A stretch of 64,000 nt of DNA. It comes from Vicinamibacterales bacterium. Lineage in GTDB: Bacteria > Acidobacteriota > Vicinamibacteria > Vicinamibacterales > UBA8438. This document shows, one piece after another, positions 26,729-37,070 of this stretch; the stretch's first letter is position 1, and each line of letters starts with the position of its first letter. The stretch lies in NCBI GenBank assembly GCA_965215155.1, contig CBDCCY010000002.1, positions 431,386 through 495,385 on the forward strand, read 5' to 3'. The notes under the pieces are model-generated. The model was not told the origin of the DNA and searched no databases. It worked only from the letters and a program-made list of their open reading frames with translations. The translations under genes were made by a program, and so were the position numbers.

Positions 26729-28066
26729 CTACAGGCCGGTCAGCGGCCCCGTGCTGTCCCCCAGACGTTCCGTCGGGACACCCACCATGTCGAGCATGCT
26801 CAGGAGCAGGTTGGACATCGGCGTCTCGGCGGGGCACTCCAGGTGCCGCCCGCCCTGGCATCGTCCGCCGGCGCCGCCCGCCACGATGGTCGGCAGCGGC
26901 GAGTGGTTGTGCAGGTTGCCGTCGCTCAGTCCGCTGCCGTAGAGCAGCAGGGAGTGATCCAGCAGGTTGCCGTCGCCGTCGGGCGACGCCTGCAGGCGCT
27001 CCAGGTAATAGGCCAGCGTCTCGATGTGGTGGCGGTTCACCTTGGCCAGCTTGGCCAGCTTCTCGTCGTTGTTCTGGTGGTGCGACAGCGAGTGATGCGG
27101 ATCGTTCACCCCGATGGCAGGGAAGGTCCGGTAGCTCGCCTCGTGGCCGAACGCGAAGGTCGTGACGCGCGTCAGGTCGGCCTGGTAGGCCAGCACCTGC
27201 AGGTCGATCATCAGCTTCGCGTGCGTCCCGAAGTCCTCGGGAATGCCGATGGGACGTTCCGGCACCTCGACGTCGGCGCGGTTGTACTGCTCGGTCCTCC
27301 GAATGCGCCGCTCGGTCTCCCGGATCGCGTCGAGATACTCGGCCACGCGGCGACGGTCGTGCGCGCCGAGACGGGTCTTCAGGCGCCCGACCTCCTCCGT
27401 CACCGAGTCGAGCAGGCTGCGGTCGACGCGCATCTCCTGCAGGCGCTCCGCCGCGCTGTCGCCGTCGCCGAAGAGGCGCTCGAAGACGGCGCGCGGGTTG
27501 CGCTCGCCGGGGTTCGGCGTGGTCGGGCTGCGCCACGAGATGTTGTTCATGTAGGCGCAGCTATAGCCGACGTCGCAGTGGCCCAGGATCTCCGTCGCGT
27601 CGAGCGCGATCTCCAGCGACGAGAGCGGCGTCTCCTGCCCGATCGCGCGCGCCGCGATCTGGTCCGCGGTGGTCGCCACGTGCACGTCGGCGCCCTCCGT
27701 CCGCCTGGCGTGCACGCCGCTCAGCCAGCCGGCGCTGGCGCGCGAATGGTCGCCCCCGCCGTCGCCGAGCGACTCGAGCTGCCGGTGGGCCAGGTTGCTC
27801 ACAACGACCACCCGCTGCCGGAAGGGCGCCAGCGGCGCCAGGGTCGGCGAGAACGTGAAGTCCCGGCCGCTGCCCTCGGGCTTCCACGCGGCGTGGTAGG
27901 CGCCGTTGGGGATGTAGATGCAGGCGAGCCGCCGGACCGGGTTCGCCGCGGTGCGCGACATGGCCGACACGGCCGGCACCATGGCGTCCAGCAACGGCAG
28001 GGCCACGGTCGCCCCGATGCCCCGCAGGAACGTCCGGCGCGGCAGCGACATCTTCGTGATGATCAT
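26729..28066 (-). CDS. DUF1552 domain protein (copy 1), Tat signal
   Basis: MIITKMSLPRRTFLRGIGATVALPLLDAM... is typical of DUF1552. It is a paralog of 55136..56482. Confidence 0.9.
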   Translation of the reverse strand: MIITKMSLPRRTFLRGIGATVALPLLDAMVPAVSAMSRTAANPVRRLACIYIPNGAYHAAWKPEGSGRDFTFSPTLAPLAPFRQRVVVVSNLAHRQLESLGDGGGDHSRASAGWLSGVHARRTEGADVHVATTADQIAARAIGQETPLSSLEIALDATEILGHCDVGYSCAYMNNISWRSPTTPNPGERNPRAVFERLFGDGDSAAERLQEMRVDRSLLDSVTEEVGRLKTRLGAHDRRRVAEYLDAIRETERRIRRTEQYNRADVEVPERPIGIPEDFGTHAKLMIDLQVLAYQADLTRVTTFAFGHEASYRTFPAIGVNDPHHSLSHHQNNDEKLAKLAKVNRHHIETLAYYLERLQASPDGDGNLLDHSLLLYGSGLSDGNLHNHSPLPTIVAGGAGGRCQGGRHLECPAETPMSNLLLSMLDMVGVPTERLGDSTGPLTGL

Positions 28067-28099
28067 CCGTGTCCTCTCCTCGTCCGGCCTGTGCTCCCC

Positions 28100-30682
28100 T
28101 CAACCGGCCTGTGCTCTCCTCATCCGGAACGGCGTGCTCTGAACGACGCCCATGATAACCGACGAGAAGCGATAGTCGTCGCGGGCCGCGCCGCGCACGA
28201 TGCCGCGCACGACCGGGCCGTCGGCCAGCTCCAGCCCGCGGCCGAGTGCGTAGGTCAGGAGCTTCTCGGCCAGCGTGGTGACGAACCCATCGGGACGGCT
28301 GGCGAGTACATGGCGCAGCCCGGCCGGGCCCTCGAACGCGGTGCCGTCGGGCAGGACCCCGGACGCGTCGATCGGCGTCCTCGCCTCGCTCAGCACACGC
28401 CAGCGCCCGACCGCGTCGAAGTTCTCGAGCGCGAAGCCGAGCGGGTCCATCGGGCGGTGGCAACCGGCGCAGGCCGGATTCCGGCGGTGCCGCTCCATCG
28501 CCTCGCGCATCGACCGCGGCTCGCCGTCGTCGGTCGTCTCCTCGAGCTCCGGCACGTCGGGCGGCGCCGGAGGCGGTGGCGCGCCGAGGATGTTCTCCAG
28601 GATCCACTTGCCGCGCAGCACGGGCGAGGTCCGATTCGCGTAGGAGGTGGCGGTCAGCAGGCTCGCGTGGCCCAGGATGCCGCCGCGGATTCCGCCGGTC
28701 ACCGCGACGGGCCGAAAGTGGCTGCCGTAGATGTGCGGGATGCCGTAGTGACGCGCCAGGCGCTCGTTGAGGAAGGTCGTGTCCGACGTCAGGAACTCGA
28801 GCACGCTCCGGTCCTCGCGGATCAGGCGCTCGAAGAAGAGCTCCGTCTCCGTCCGCATCGCCAGGCGCAGGTTCTCGTCGAAGTCCGGGAACTGCAGCGG
28901 GTCGGGCGTCGCCGCCGACACGTTGCGCAGGTACAGCCACTGCCCGCCGAAATTCTCGACCAGCGCGCGCGAGCGGGGATCCGCCAGCATCCGGCGCGCC
29001 TGCGACTCCAGCACGGCCGGGTCGCTCAGCCGGCCCCCCTCGGCCAGGCCGAGCAACTCGTCGTCCGGCACGCTGCTCCAGAGGAAGAACGACAGCCGGG
29101 ACGCCAGCTCCAGGTCGCTCAGCGGATGAGGCACCCCCGCTACGGCCTCCGGCGGGTCGCTCTCGATGCGAAACAGGAACGACGGGCTGATCAGCACGCG
29201 CTGCAGGGCCCGCCGGATCCCGTCCTCGAAGCCCCCCTCGCCGCGGCCGAGCCGATAGAAGTCGAGCAGGACATCCAGGTCGGCGTCCGTCACCGGACGC
29301 CGGTACGCGCGGTTGGCCAGCGTCGAGAGGATCCGGCGCGCGCACGGGGCCTCGTCGGCCGGCCCGGCCGGCGTGCAGACGAAGATACGCCGGCGGCTCG
29401 GCGTGTCGCCCGGTCCGGTCGGGTGGTAGGGGCCGATGATCTCGAGGCTCCGCAGATGCGGAGGCCGCCATCCCTCCGCGACCGGATCGATGTAGCTCTT
29501 GAGCAGCGGCTGCCGAATCCCGTCGTACTGGGCGGCGGTCTTGCGCAGGAACGCGACCGCGATCTCGCGCGGACCCGCCGGCACGTGGAGGCGGACCTCC
29601 AGCTCGGCGTCGGCGTCCATGGAATAGGCCAGGGCAGCCTCGCGCGCGGCCCGCTCGGCCTCTTCGTCGTCGCCGGCCGAAGCACGGCGCTCCCGCTGTC
29701 CGGGGCCGCACGGGATGTTGATGCCGCCGCACGGCTGCTCGCCTCCGATCGTGAAGAGGCGGACGCGCTCGCGGTCGACGCCGACCTCGATCTGGTACGG
29801 CTCGGCCAGGCCGCGGATGGTGTCGATGACGGATCGCCGCAGGCGGAGCCGAACGACGTACTCCCCGTCGAGCGGGAAGTGGTGCCGGACGGCCATGCCC
29901 CCTTGCGTGCCGAGCGGCAGGCCCGCGATGTGATGGTCCTGTGTCAGGTCCGTCCGCGCGAGATAGGTGGCGATGGTCGGCCGCGTGGCGGCGGGTCCGA
30001 TGGCGAGGCGGGCGATGCGGCGCGCCGCCGCCAGGTAGCGCTCGAGCAGCAGTGGCGAGACCGTCAATGCATCGGCGATGTTGTCGAAGCCGTACGTGGC
30101 GTCGTCGGGCGGCAACAACTCGGCTACGTTCACGTCGACATCGAGGAGGTCCCGGATGACGTTGCGATACTCGGCGCGGTTGAGCCGATGGTAGACCGCG
30201 GTCCGGGGCAGCTCCGCGCGAGCCGCCCAGGCCGCGTCGAGGGCCGCCTCGAGCCGCTCGACGAACGCGTCCCGCATCTCGTCGGCGGGCCGCGGGCGGC
30301 CGGCGGGGGGCATGGCTCCGGCGCGCAGCTTGCGCACCACCTTCTCCCACGTCTCGGCGTGCGCGCCGACGTCGGTCGGATCGAGCGCGTCGAGCTCGAG
30401 CCCCAGGCCGCGCAACTGTCCGACGAGGGCCGACGGCGCGCGACCCTCGCCGCGCACAACGCGCGCGTTGTGGCAGGTCACGCAGTAGCGGTCGAGCAGC
30501 TCTCGCGAGGGGGCTGCGGCTGCGGCCGTTCCGCCCGGGGCGGCGGCCGGTTCCTCGGCGCGCGCGATGCCGGACCTGCCCGGCTGTATGCAGACGGCCA
30601 GGACGACCGCGACAGCCATCGCCAAGCCGACCGAGGTCGACGCCGGAATGACACCCCGCTGCCGATCGCGCGTCGGTCCCAC
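28100..30682 (-). CDS. DUF1592/DUF1588/DUF1587/DUF1585/DUF1595 multidomain protein with a CxxCH haem motif (PSD1-type; copy 1)
   Basis: LLDRYCVTCHNARVV (CxxCH). ...LASRLSFFLWSSVPDDELL..., ...FGGQWLYLRN..., ...RRNPACAGCHRPMDPLGFALENFDAVGRWR. GTG 30682 has GGAGGA upstream and yields a signal peptide; the track ORF extends to 30733. Confidence 0.85.
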   Translation of the reverse strand: MGPTRDRQRGVIPASTSVGLAMAVAVVLAVCIQPGRSGIARAEEPAAAPGGTAAAAAPSRELLDRYCVTCHNARVVRGEGRAPSALVGQLRGLGLELDALDPTDVGAHAETWEKVVRKLRAGAMPPAGRPRPADEMRDAFVERLEAALDAAWAARAELPRTAVYHRLNRAEYRNVIRDLLDVDVNVAELLPPDDATYGFDNIADALTVSPLLLERYLAAARRIARLAIGPAATRPTIATYLARTDLTQDHHIAGLPLGTQGGMAVRHHFPLDGEYVVRLRLRRSVIDTIRGLAEPYQIEVGVDRERVRLFTIGGEQPCGGINIPCGPGQRERRASAGDDEEAERAAREAALAYSMDADAELEVRLHVPAGPREIAVAFLRKTAAQYDGIRQPLLKSYIDPVAEGWRPPHLRSLEIIGPYHPTGPGDTPSRRRIFVCTPAGPADEAPCARRILSTLANRAYRRPVTDADLDVLLDFYRLGRGEGGFEDGIRRALQRVLISPSFLFRIESDPPEAVAGVPHPLSDLELASRLSFFLWSSVPDDELLGLAEGGRLSDPAVLESQARRMLADPRSRALVENFGGQWLYLRNVSAATPDPLQFPDFDENLRLAMRTETELFFERLIREDRSVLEFLTSDTTFLNERLARHYGIPHIYGSHFRPVAVTGGIRGGILGHASLLTATSYANRTSPVLRGKWILENILGAPPPPAPPDVPELEETTDDGEPRSMREAMERHRRNPACAGCHRPMDPLGFALENFDAVGRWRVLSEARTPIDASGVLPDGTAFEGPAGLRHVLASRPDGFVTTLAEKLLTYALGRGLELADGPVVRGIVRGAARDDYRFSSVIMGVVQSTPFRMRRAQAG

Positions 30683-30831
30683 GGATCCTCCCCGGCCCGG
30701 CCGGTCATGCCCGCGGGCCCTGCCCGCGGGCATGACCGCCTTGAGCAGCCGAACGGCCGTAGTCTATATTGCGGGATTCACGCATCCAACCGGGATCTCC
30801 GGTTCGTCGTCCGCCACGCGAGGAGGCCCCC

Positions 30832-32358
30832 GTGCGACGTTGGCATGTGCACGCAGGACTGCCCGGAATCGTGCTGCTGGTAGCAGCTGTAGCCGCATCG
30901 GCCGCGGATCGGCGGCTCGCCGACGCCGTCGAGCGCCGAGACTTCCCTGCGGCGGGCGCCCTCCTCGAAGCCGGGGTGCCGGTCGACGCGGGGCAACCCG
31001 ACGGCACGACGGCCCTGCACTGGGCCGTCCGGCACGACGCGCAGGACCTCGCGGCCCGGTTGCTCCGGGCCGGCGCGGACCCGAACGCCACCAACCGCTA
31101 CGGCGTGACGCCGCTGGCCCTCGCCGCTACCAACGGACACCCCGGAATCGTCACCGCGCTGCTCGACGCCGGCGCGAGCCCGCACGCCGCGACTCCGTAC
31201 GGCGAGACGCCGCTCATGACGGCGGCGCGCACCGGGCGTCCCGAGGTCGTGCGGCTGCTGATCGAGGCCGGGGCAGACGTCGACGCGAAGGAGGGGTGGC
31301 GCGAGCAGACGGCGCTGATGTGGGCCGCGGCCGAGGGCAACGCCGACGCCGCGCAGGTGCTGATCGAGGCGGGCGCCGACGTTGCGGCCCGCTCCCAGGC
31401 CGGCATGACCCCCCTGCTGTTCGCGGCGCGGTCCGGTGACATCGACGCCGTGCGGACCCTGCTGGCCGGCGGGGCGGACATCGACGAGCAGGCGCGCGAT
31501 GCGATTCCGCGCCCGCCGGCCCCTCCCGACGACAGGGACGGCGAAGACGGCGCCGAGACGCACGCCGCAGCCGAGGCCACCTCCCCGCGCCTGGGATCGA
31601 CACCTCTGGCGACCGCCATCCGCAACGTCCACTACGACCTCGCCGCGTGGCTGGTCGCCGCCGGCGCCGATGTCAACCAGGATGGCCCGCGCGGCACCGC
31701 TCTGCACGGGCTGGTGCGCGCGCGCAACTGCGAGCGGACCGCGATGCCGTGCCCCGAACAGAGGGCGCTGCTCGGGAGCCTCCCCCTGGCGAGGCTGCTC
31801 CTCGCCCACGGGGCGGACGTCAACGCGCGGATGACGGCGCGCCCGCCGACGAAAGGTACCTACGACGGCAACTTCATGAGTCTCGTGGGCGCCACTCCCC
31901 TGCTGCTGGCCGTCAAGGCGTCGGACATCGAACTCATGCGCCTCTTGCTGGATCACGGCGCCGACGTCCGTGTCGGCAACGAGAACAACACGACGCCTTT
32001 CCTCGTGGCGGCCGGGATCGGGTTCCTGGAGGGCCAGGTGCTGGCGGACGAGGCCGACGCGTTCGAAGCGGTGAGGATGCTGGTGGCGCTCGGCGAATCG
32101 GTCACGCAGACCAACGACATGGACGAGACCGCCCTCCATGGCGCGGCCTACCGTGGCGCCAACAGCATCGTCCGCTACCTCGTCGAGCGCGGCGCGCGCC
32201 TCGACGCGGCCGACGACAAGGGGCTATTGCCGGTGACGGTGGCCGACGGCTTTCGGCGCGGGGACGGCTTCCGGGCGCACGACCACACGGCGGCGCTGCT
32301 GCGAGAGTTGATGGGGCCGGACGCGCCGCCGCGGCAGACCGACCAGGGCGCGCGCTGA
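30832..32358 (+). CDS. Secreted ankyrin-repeat protein (copy 1)
   Basis: GTG 30832 is preceded by GAGGAGG. Signal peptide, then many TALHWA....LL.AGADPNA-type repeats. Collinear with 52003..53493. The track ORF starts at TTG 30769. Confidence 0.85.
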   Translation: MRRWHVHAGLPGIVLLVAAVAASAADRRLADAVERRDFPAAGALLEAGVPVDAGQPDGTTALHWAVRHDAQDLAARLLRAGADPNATNRYGVTPLALAATNGHPGIVTALLDAGASPHAATPYGETPLMTAARTGRPEVVRLLIEAGADVDAKEGWREQTALMWAAAEGNADAAQVLIEAGADVAARSQAGMTPLLFAARSGDIDAVRTLLAGGADIDEQARDAIPRPPAPPDDRDGEDGAETHAAAEATSPRLGSTPLATAIRNVHYDLAAWLVAAGADVNQDGPRGTALHGLVRARNCERTAMPCPEQRALLGSLPLARLLLAHGADVNARMTARPPTKGTYDGNFMSLVGATPLLLAVKASDIELMRLLLDHGADVRVGNENNTTPFLVAAGIGFLEGQVLADEADAFEAVRMLVALGESVTQTNDMDETALHGAAYRGANSIVRYLVERGARLDAADDKGLLPVTVADGFRRGDGFRAHDHTAALLRELMGPDAPPRQTDQGAR

Positions 32359-32452
32359 AGGCACCGGCCAGTAGTGTGCGCACACCGCGGGCGATGCGCG
32401 TGTCGCCCCGGCGCGAGCTTCCCAACCCGCCCGTCAGGGCACGCGCAGACCG

Positions 32453-33649
32453 TCAGCCACCGAGGGAGGCGATCATCACGCGGGCGGCGGCCACCAGGAA
32501 GTCGGCCTGGGCATGGGCCAGCCGGACGCCCCGCTGCGACTCGATGCGGTCGATGAACGCTTCCAACGCCTCGATGGCGCTCGGCGAGCCGGATGCCGGG
32601 CTTGGCGGGCCGGATTCCGCGTGACCGGCCCCCTGGCCCGAGCGGCCCGCGGCCGCCAGCGCCGCCGTCGCATGGTCCCGGAGTCCCGCGATCAGCGCGT
32701 CTATCGACGCGGCGAACTTCTGGACGCGGTGACTCCCCTGCTCGTCGGCGACGTAGATGGCGCCCCCGGCACCCGCCGTCACGGCCCGCGGGCCCCGGAA
32801 CTGTCCCGGTCCGTTCCCGTTCGTGCCCCAGGCCGTAAGCCGGCCGCCGGCGGAATCGAGCGCCTGGATCCGGTGGTTCAGCGTGTCCGCGACGTAGACG
32901 CGGCCCTCCGGCCCGACCGCCACCCCGTGCGGGGACGCCAGGTCGCCGGGGCCGTTCCCGCCACCGCCCCATGACCACCGGAACGCTCCGTCCCCATCGA
33001 ACGCCTGGATCCGGTCGTTGAACGTGTCGGCAACGTAGACGCGGCCGGCGGGACCGACGGCTACGCCGTGAGGTCCGCGGAACCGGCCGTCGCCGCGGCC
33101 CCGCTCCCCCCAGGAGCCGAGCGGGTTGCCGTCCCGGTCGAACACCTGGATCCGGTCGTTGAGGGTATCGGCGACGTAGACGAGCCCGCCGTCCGCCACC
33201 GCCACGCCGTGTGGCCGGTGGAGCTGGCCCGCGCCGGCGCCGCGCTCGCCCCACGACGCGAGGAGCGCCCCGTCCGGGTCGAAGACCTGGATCCGGTCGT
33301 TGAAGGTGTCCGCCACGTAGACGCGGCCGGGGCCGACCGCCACCCCCGCCGGGAATGAGAACTCGCCCGGTCCGCTCCCGGCCGAGCCCCACGCGGCGAG
33401 AAACGCACCGGTCCGGTCGAACTTCTGGATGCGGGCGTTGAAGGTGTCGGCCACGTAGACGTGGCCGGCGGAATCCGTCGCTACCCCGCGCGGATTGAAC
33501 AGGCGGCCCTCGCCGTTGCAGCACCCGCCCCAGTCGTGGACGAACCACGGGGTGGCGACCTGGGCGGACGTCGAGGGCGTCCCGCCCAGGAGCACCAGGC
33601 TCGACGCGACTCCGAGAAGGGCCGCGCGCCGCATCACCACCCCGGCCAT
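32453..33649 (-). CDS. NHL-repeat beta-propeller protein, secreted
   Basis: Six near-identical units (P.GVAV...G.VYVADT.N.RIQ.FD..G...). The C-terminal ~90 aa are non-repeat. Confidence 0.85.
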   Translation of the reverse strand: MAGVVMRRAALLGVASSLVLLGGTPSTSAQVATPWFVHDWGGCCNGEGRLFNPRGVATDSAGHVYVADTFNARIQKFDRTGAFLAAWGSAGSGPGEFSFPAGVAVGPGRVYVADTFNDRIQVFDPDGALLASWGERGAGAGQLHRPHGVAVADGGLVYVADTLNDRIQVFDRDGNPLGSWGERGRGDGRFRGPHGVAVGPAGRVYVADTFNDRIQAFDGDGAFRWSWGGGGNGPGDLASPHGVAVGPEGRVYVADTLNHRIQALDSAGGRLTAWGTNGNGPGQFRGPRAVTAGAGGAIYVADEQGSHRVQKFAASIDALIAGLRDHATAALAAAGRSGQGAGHAESGPPSPASGSPSAIEALEAFIDRIESQRGVRLAHAQADFLVAAARVMIASLGG

Positions 33650-33665
33650 CCCGCGCCGCGGAGCC

Positions 33666-34709
33666 CTACTTCGCCCCGGCGGCCGCCTCTGCGGCCTCCC
33701 GCTCCTCGGCGCGATGGCCGGCCAGGATGCCGTCCATTCCGATGTTCCCCTCGTGGCAGGCGTACTCGTAGATCGCGTCGTCGGTCCCCATGAGCGGTAT
33801 CGACACCGTCCAGGGGCGCGTATAGGTCGCGGCGTCGTCGATCGTCACCTCGTAGTCGAGCGTCCGGGGTCCGACCCGGGTCAGCCGCTCGGTGACGCGC
33901 ATGCCGTCCGCCGGGGTGCCGCGGAAGGTCGCCTGCGGGGAGTAGTTGGTCGTCTCGATGACGAGCGTGTCGCCCTCCCATCGGCCGCGCGAGTCGCCGT
34001 GCCACTGCCGGACGCTCTCGTCGAGGTGCGGCGTGCCGTCGATCGGGATGACCCGCGCGTCGTGGTTCATCTCCATGTAGATGACGACGTGGTCCGGGCT
34101 CTGGAAGATCTGGTAGTAGCTGTTGTAGCCGGCTCCGAGGCGCGGGACGCCGTAGGTGACGCAGCGCTCGCTCAGCGGCCGGTCGACGTAGGAGTCCGCG
34201 GGGTGGGCGCGCGCGTAGGCGAAGCGCTCGGCCCGCCGCTCCTCCGCCACCGGCGTCAGGGCCGGGATGCGCCCGTCGGACGGGTCGACCACGAGCGACG
34301 TGCGGTTCGAGAAGTCGCGCTCCACGATCCAGAACTGGTTGTAGTTGCCGGTCGTCGGATCGTACGACGTCGCCTGCTGGTTCGCGATCGCGGCCAGCAC
34401 GAGCTGGTCGCCGAAGAGCGCATCGCCGTCGTCGACCGCCTGCGCGGCGGCCACGCGCAATGCCGCGAGCTCCTCGTCGGTGAGGCTCTCCTTGCCCGCC
34501 CAGGCCTCGGGGCGCTCCAGCGGCGTGATGTTGTTGTTCGCCCAGACCCCCTGGAGGTCGGGCTGTCCGTCCGGCGTCCGCGGCAGCGTCCAGCCGTCGG
34601 GCGCCTGGCCGAGGGCCGCGGCGGGGACGAGCAGGCCAACCGCCGCGACCATCGCGAGCGGCGCGACCGTCGTTACCAGCGTGCGTGACTTCCGGCTTCG
34701 AATGCGCAT
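33666..34709 (-). CDS. Secreted hypothetical protein (347 aa)
   Basis: Signal peptide, coding-like composition, PDLQGVWANNN...YEYACHEGN. No family was confidently recognised. Confidence 0.65.
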   Translation of the reverse strand: MRIRSRKSRTLVTTVAPLAMVAAVGLLVPAAALGQAPDGWTLPRTPDGQPDLQGVWANNNITPLERPEAWAGKESLTDEELAALRVAAAQAVDDGDALFGDQLVLAAIANQQATSYDPTTGNYNQFWIVERDFSNRTSLVVDPSDGRIPALTPVAEERRAERFAYARAHPADSYVDRPLSERCVTYGVPRLGAGYNSYYQIFQSPDHVVIYMEMNHDARVIPIDGTPHLDESVRQWHGDSRGRWEGDTLVIETTNYSPQATFRGTPADGMRVTERLTRVGPRTLDYEVTIDDAATYTRPWTVSIPLMGTDDAIYEYACHEGNIGMDGILAGHRAEEREAAEAAAGAK

Positions 34710-34843
34710 GGGAATCTCCTGGCCTTGGTCGTGGGAGCGACGTGCCGCAGGACTAACCGCCCCGCGATCCTGCTGGAACCGTCACGATTGTATCGACGGC
34801 GCCCGGCGGGCGCCATTCGGTCCGCGACACGCGGGAGCGGCGG

Positions 34844-35773
34844 ATGATCCCTGAAGCGCCAGGCCGCGCCGGACGACGGGCGGGCGGATCACGGCACACG
34901 CGTCCGGTGCCGGTCGGCAGCCGCCGGGCCGTACGACGCTCCGCGGGGCGCTGCGGGCGCCTGACCGTCGCCTGCCTGCTGCTGGCGACTCTTGCCGGCT
35001 CGACGCTGCCGTCGGAGACGGGCGAGGCGCGGCGCCCGCAGGACCCGCCGACCCTCGGGCAGGAAGGGAAGGACGTCGAGTGGGTCCCCACCCCGGACGC
35101 GCTGGTCGAGACGATGCTCGCGATGGCGCGGGTCACTCCGGAGGACTTCGTCGTAGACCTCGGATCCGGCGACGGGCGGACCGTGATCGAGGCGGCGCGG
35201 CTCGGAGCCCGGGCCCTCGGCGTCGAGTACGACGCGGGGCTCGTCGCCCTCTCCCGCGAACGCGCGAACGCGGCCGGCGTCGGCGACCGCGCCCGCTTCA
35301 TCCAGGCCGATCTCTTCGAGGCGGACCTGACGCGGGCAAGCGTCGTGACGCTCTTCCTGCTGCCCGACCTGAACCTCGAGCTCCGCCCTCGACTCCTGCA
35401 GCTCGCCCCCGGCACGCGCATCGTGTCGAACACGTGGGACATGGGCGACTGGGCGGCGGACGAGACGATCGTGCTCGATCCGTGCCCCGGCTTCTGCACT
35501 GCCCTGCTCTGGGTCGTACCGGCACGCGTGGGCGGCGACTGGACGACGTCCGACGGTTCCCTGGCGCTCACGCAGCGCTACCAGACGGTGTCGGGCGTCC
35601 TCCGGCGCGCCGGCGAGCGTTTCGCCGTCGAGGCAGGCCGACTGTCCGGCGCCGACCTGACGTTCCGGGCCGGCGGCGCCCGCTACCGGGGCCTCGTCTC
35701 GGCGGCGGGGATCGAAGGCACGGTGGCGACGGATGACCGGGTCTCCCGCTGGAGCGCTCGCCGTACCCCGTGA
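34844..35773 (+). CDS. Class I SAM-dependent methyltransferase with N-terminal signal/anchor
   Basis: VVDLGSGDGRTVIEAARLGARALGVEYD...FIQADLFEADL...VVTLFLLPDLN follows the methyltransferase motif I / post-I / II pattern. Confidence 0.75.
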   Translation: MIPEAPGRAGRRAGGSRHTRPVPVGSRRAVRRSAGRCGRLTVACLLLATLAGSTLPSETGEARRPQDPPTLGQEGKDVEWVPTPDALVETMLAMARVTPEDFVVDLGSGDGRTVIEAARLGARALGVEYDAGLVALSRERANAAGVGDRARFIQADLFEADLTRASVVTLFLLPDLNLELRPRLLQLAPGTRIVSNTWDMGDWAADETIVLDPCPGFCTALLWVVPARVGGDWTTSDGSLALTQRYQTVSGVLRRAGERFAVEAGRLSGADLTFRAGGARYRGLVSAAGIEGTVATDDRVSRWSARRTP

Positions 35774-35945
35774 CCGTCCTGCCGACCTTGGGGGCACGGC
35801 GGATCGGCATATGAGCATATGATTTATGGCCCGACCGGGATGACGCCCCGACCGGGATGCGGTCGCGCAAGCGCGAGTGCCGGGCGACACGCGGGGGCGT
35901 TGCACCATCCTTCTGGCCATCGGAATCCGACATGAGGAGTCACCC

Positions 35946-36611
35946 ATGCGAGCGAACGCCCGGCCGAGCCGGTTCCTGGCCCGCGGATGTGCGGCGCTGA
36001 CCTTTACGTTGCTCCTGACCCTGACGAACACGATGCCTGCTACCGCCCAGGACCGCATGCCTCCGATTCCGGAGGACCAGATGACCCCCGAGCAGAAAGC
36101 CGCCGTCGAGGAGTTCAAGGCGGTCCGGAACACCAGCCGCTTCGGTGGGCCGTTCGTTCCCCTGCTCCGCAGTCCCGAGATGATGCGCCGCGCGCGCAAC
36201 GTGGGCGACTACGTGCGCTACCGCAGCGCCCTGCCGCCCCGCCTCAGCGAGTTCGTCATCCTGCTGACCGCCCGCCACTGGACGCAGAACTACGAGTGGT
36301 ACGCACACGCGGCGATCGCGGAGCGCGAGGGGCTCGCCCCCGCCATCATCGAAGCGGTCGCCGACGGACGGCGGCCCGCGGAGATGGCCGATGACGAGGC
36401 GGCCGTCTACGACTTCTGCCAGGAGCTGCTGCGGACGCAGGGCGTGAGCGACCCGACGTACGCGCGGATGGTCGAGCCCCTGGGCGAGACGGGCGTCATC
36501 GACGGGATCGGCATCCTCGGCTACTACCAACTGCTGGCGATGGTGATGAACACCGCGCGGACACCGCTGCCGGACGGCGTGGAGCCGGGGCTGCCGTCGT
36601 TTCCGCGCTGA
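35946..36611 (+). CDS. Carboxymuconolactone decarboxylase (AhpD-like) family protein, secreted
   Basis: ATG 35946 is preceded by GAGGAG. LSEFVILLTARHWTQNYEWYAHAAIAEREGL matches the CMD-family pattern. Confidence 0.7.
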   Translation: MRANARPSRFLARGCAALTFTLLLTLTNTMPATAQDRMPPIPEDQMTPEQKAAVEEFKAVRNTSRFGGPFVPLLRSPEMMRRARNVGDYVRYRSALPPRLSEFVILLTARHWTQNYEWYAHAAIAEREGLAPAIIEAVADGRRPAEMADDEAAVYDFCQELLRTQGVSDPTYARMVEPLGETGVIDGIGILGYYQLLAMVMNTARTPLPDGVEPGLPSFPR

Positions 36612-36641
36612 AGTGACCATCCCCGAGCGCGCGAACGCCTC

Positions 36642-37070
36642 TCAGGCGATTGGATTGATCCAGCGCAGACCCTCGAAACGTCCGAAGTCCCGGTCGTTCG
36701 AATAGACCGTGGCACCGCGTTCGATGGCGTAGGCGGCGATGTGCGCATCCGTCGTCAGGTCGGAGCCGGCTCCCGAGGACCGAAGGAGCTCCGACAGAAT
36801 CGTCCAGTGGCGGGCCGTAGGAGCCAGCAGCACAGTGTTCGGCTGATGGAGCCAACCCTGCACCCGATCCAGCGCATCGGCGATACCGAGCGGCGCTTCG
36901 AACATCCGTCGGCTCGTGGTCAGGCGGACGAAGCCGAGCAGGCTCGGATAGCACAATCCCACAGTGGTCGCCGACGACAAGGTCTCATCCCACCACCTGC
37001 GCGCCCGAGCATGGAACGGACTGGTCTGGTCGACGGCGTAGACGAGCAGGTTGACGTCGGGCATCAGCAT
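36642..37070 (-). CDS. vapC: VapC toxin (PIN-domain ribonuclease)
   Basis: MLMPDVNLLVYAVD...DLTTDAHIAAYAIERGATVYSNDRDFGRF carries the acidic PIN residues. Confidence 0.85.
   Translation of the reverse strand: MLMPDVNLLVYAVDQTSPFHARARRWWDETLSSATTVGLCYPSLLGFVRLTTSRRMFEAPLGIADALDRVQGWLHQPNTVLLAPTARHWTILSELLRSSGAGSDLTTDAHIAAYAIERGATVYSNDRDFGRFEGLRWINPIA

Noticed and set aside
26843-30883. A 1346-aa plus-strand ORF spanning both the DUF1552 and DUF1592 genes
   Set aside because: It is an antisense shadow in GC-rich DNA. The composition is Arg/Ala/Gly/Pro/Val-rich and low-complexity with no recognisable domain. The opposite strand encodes two proteins with strong family signatures.
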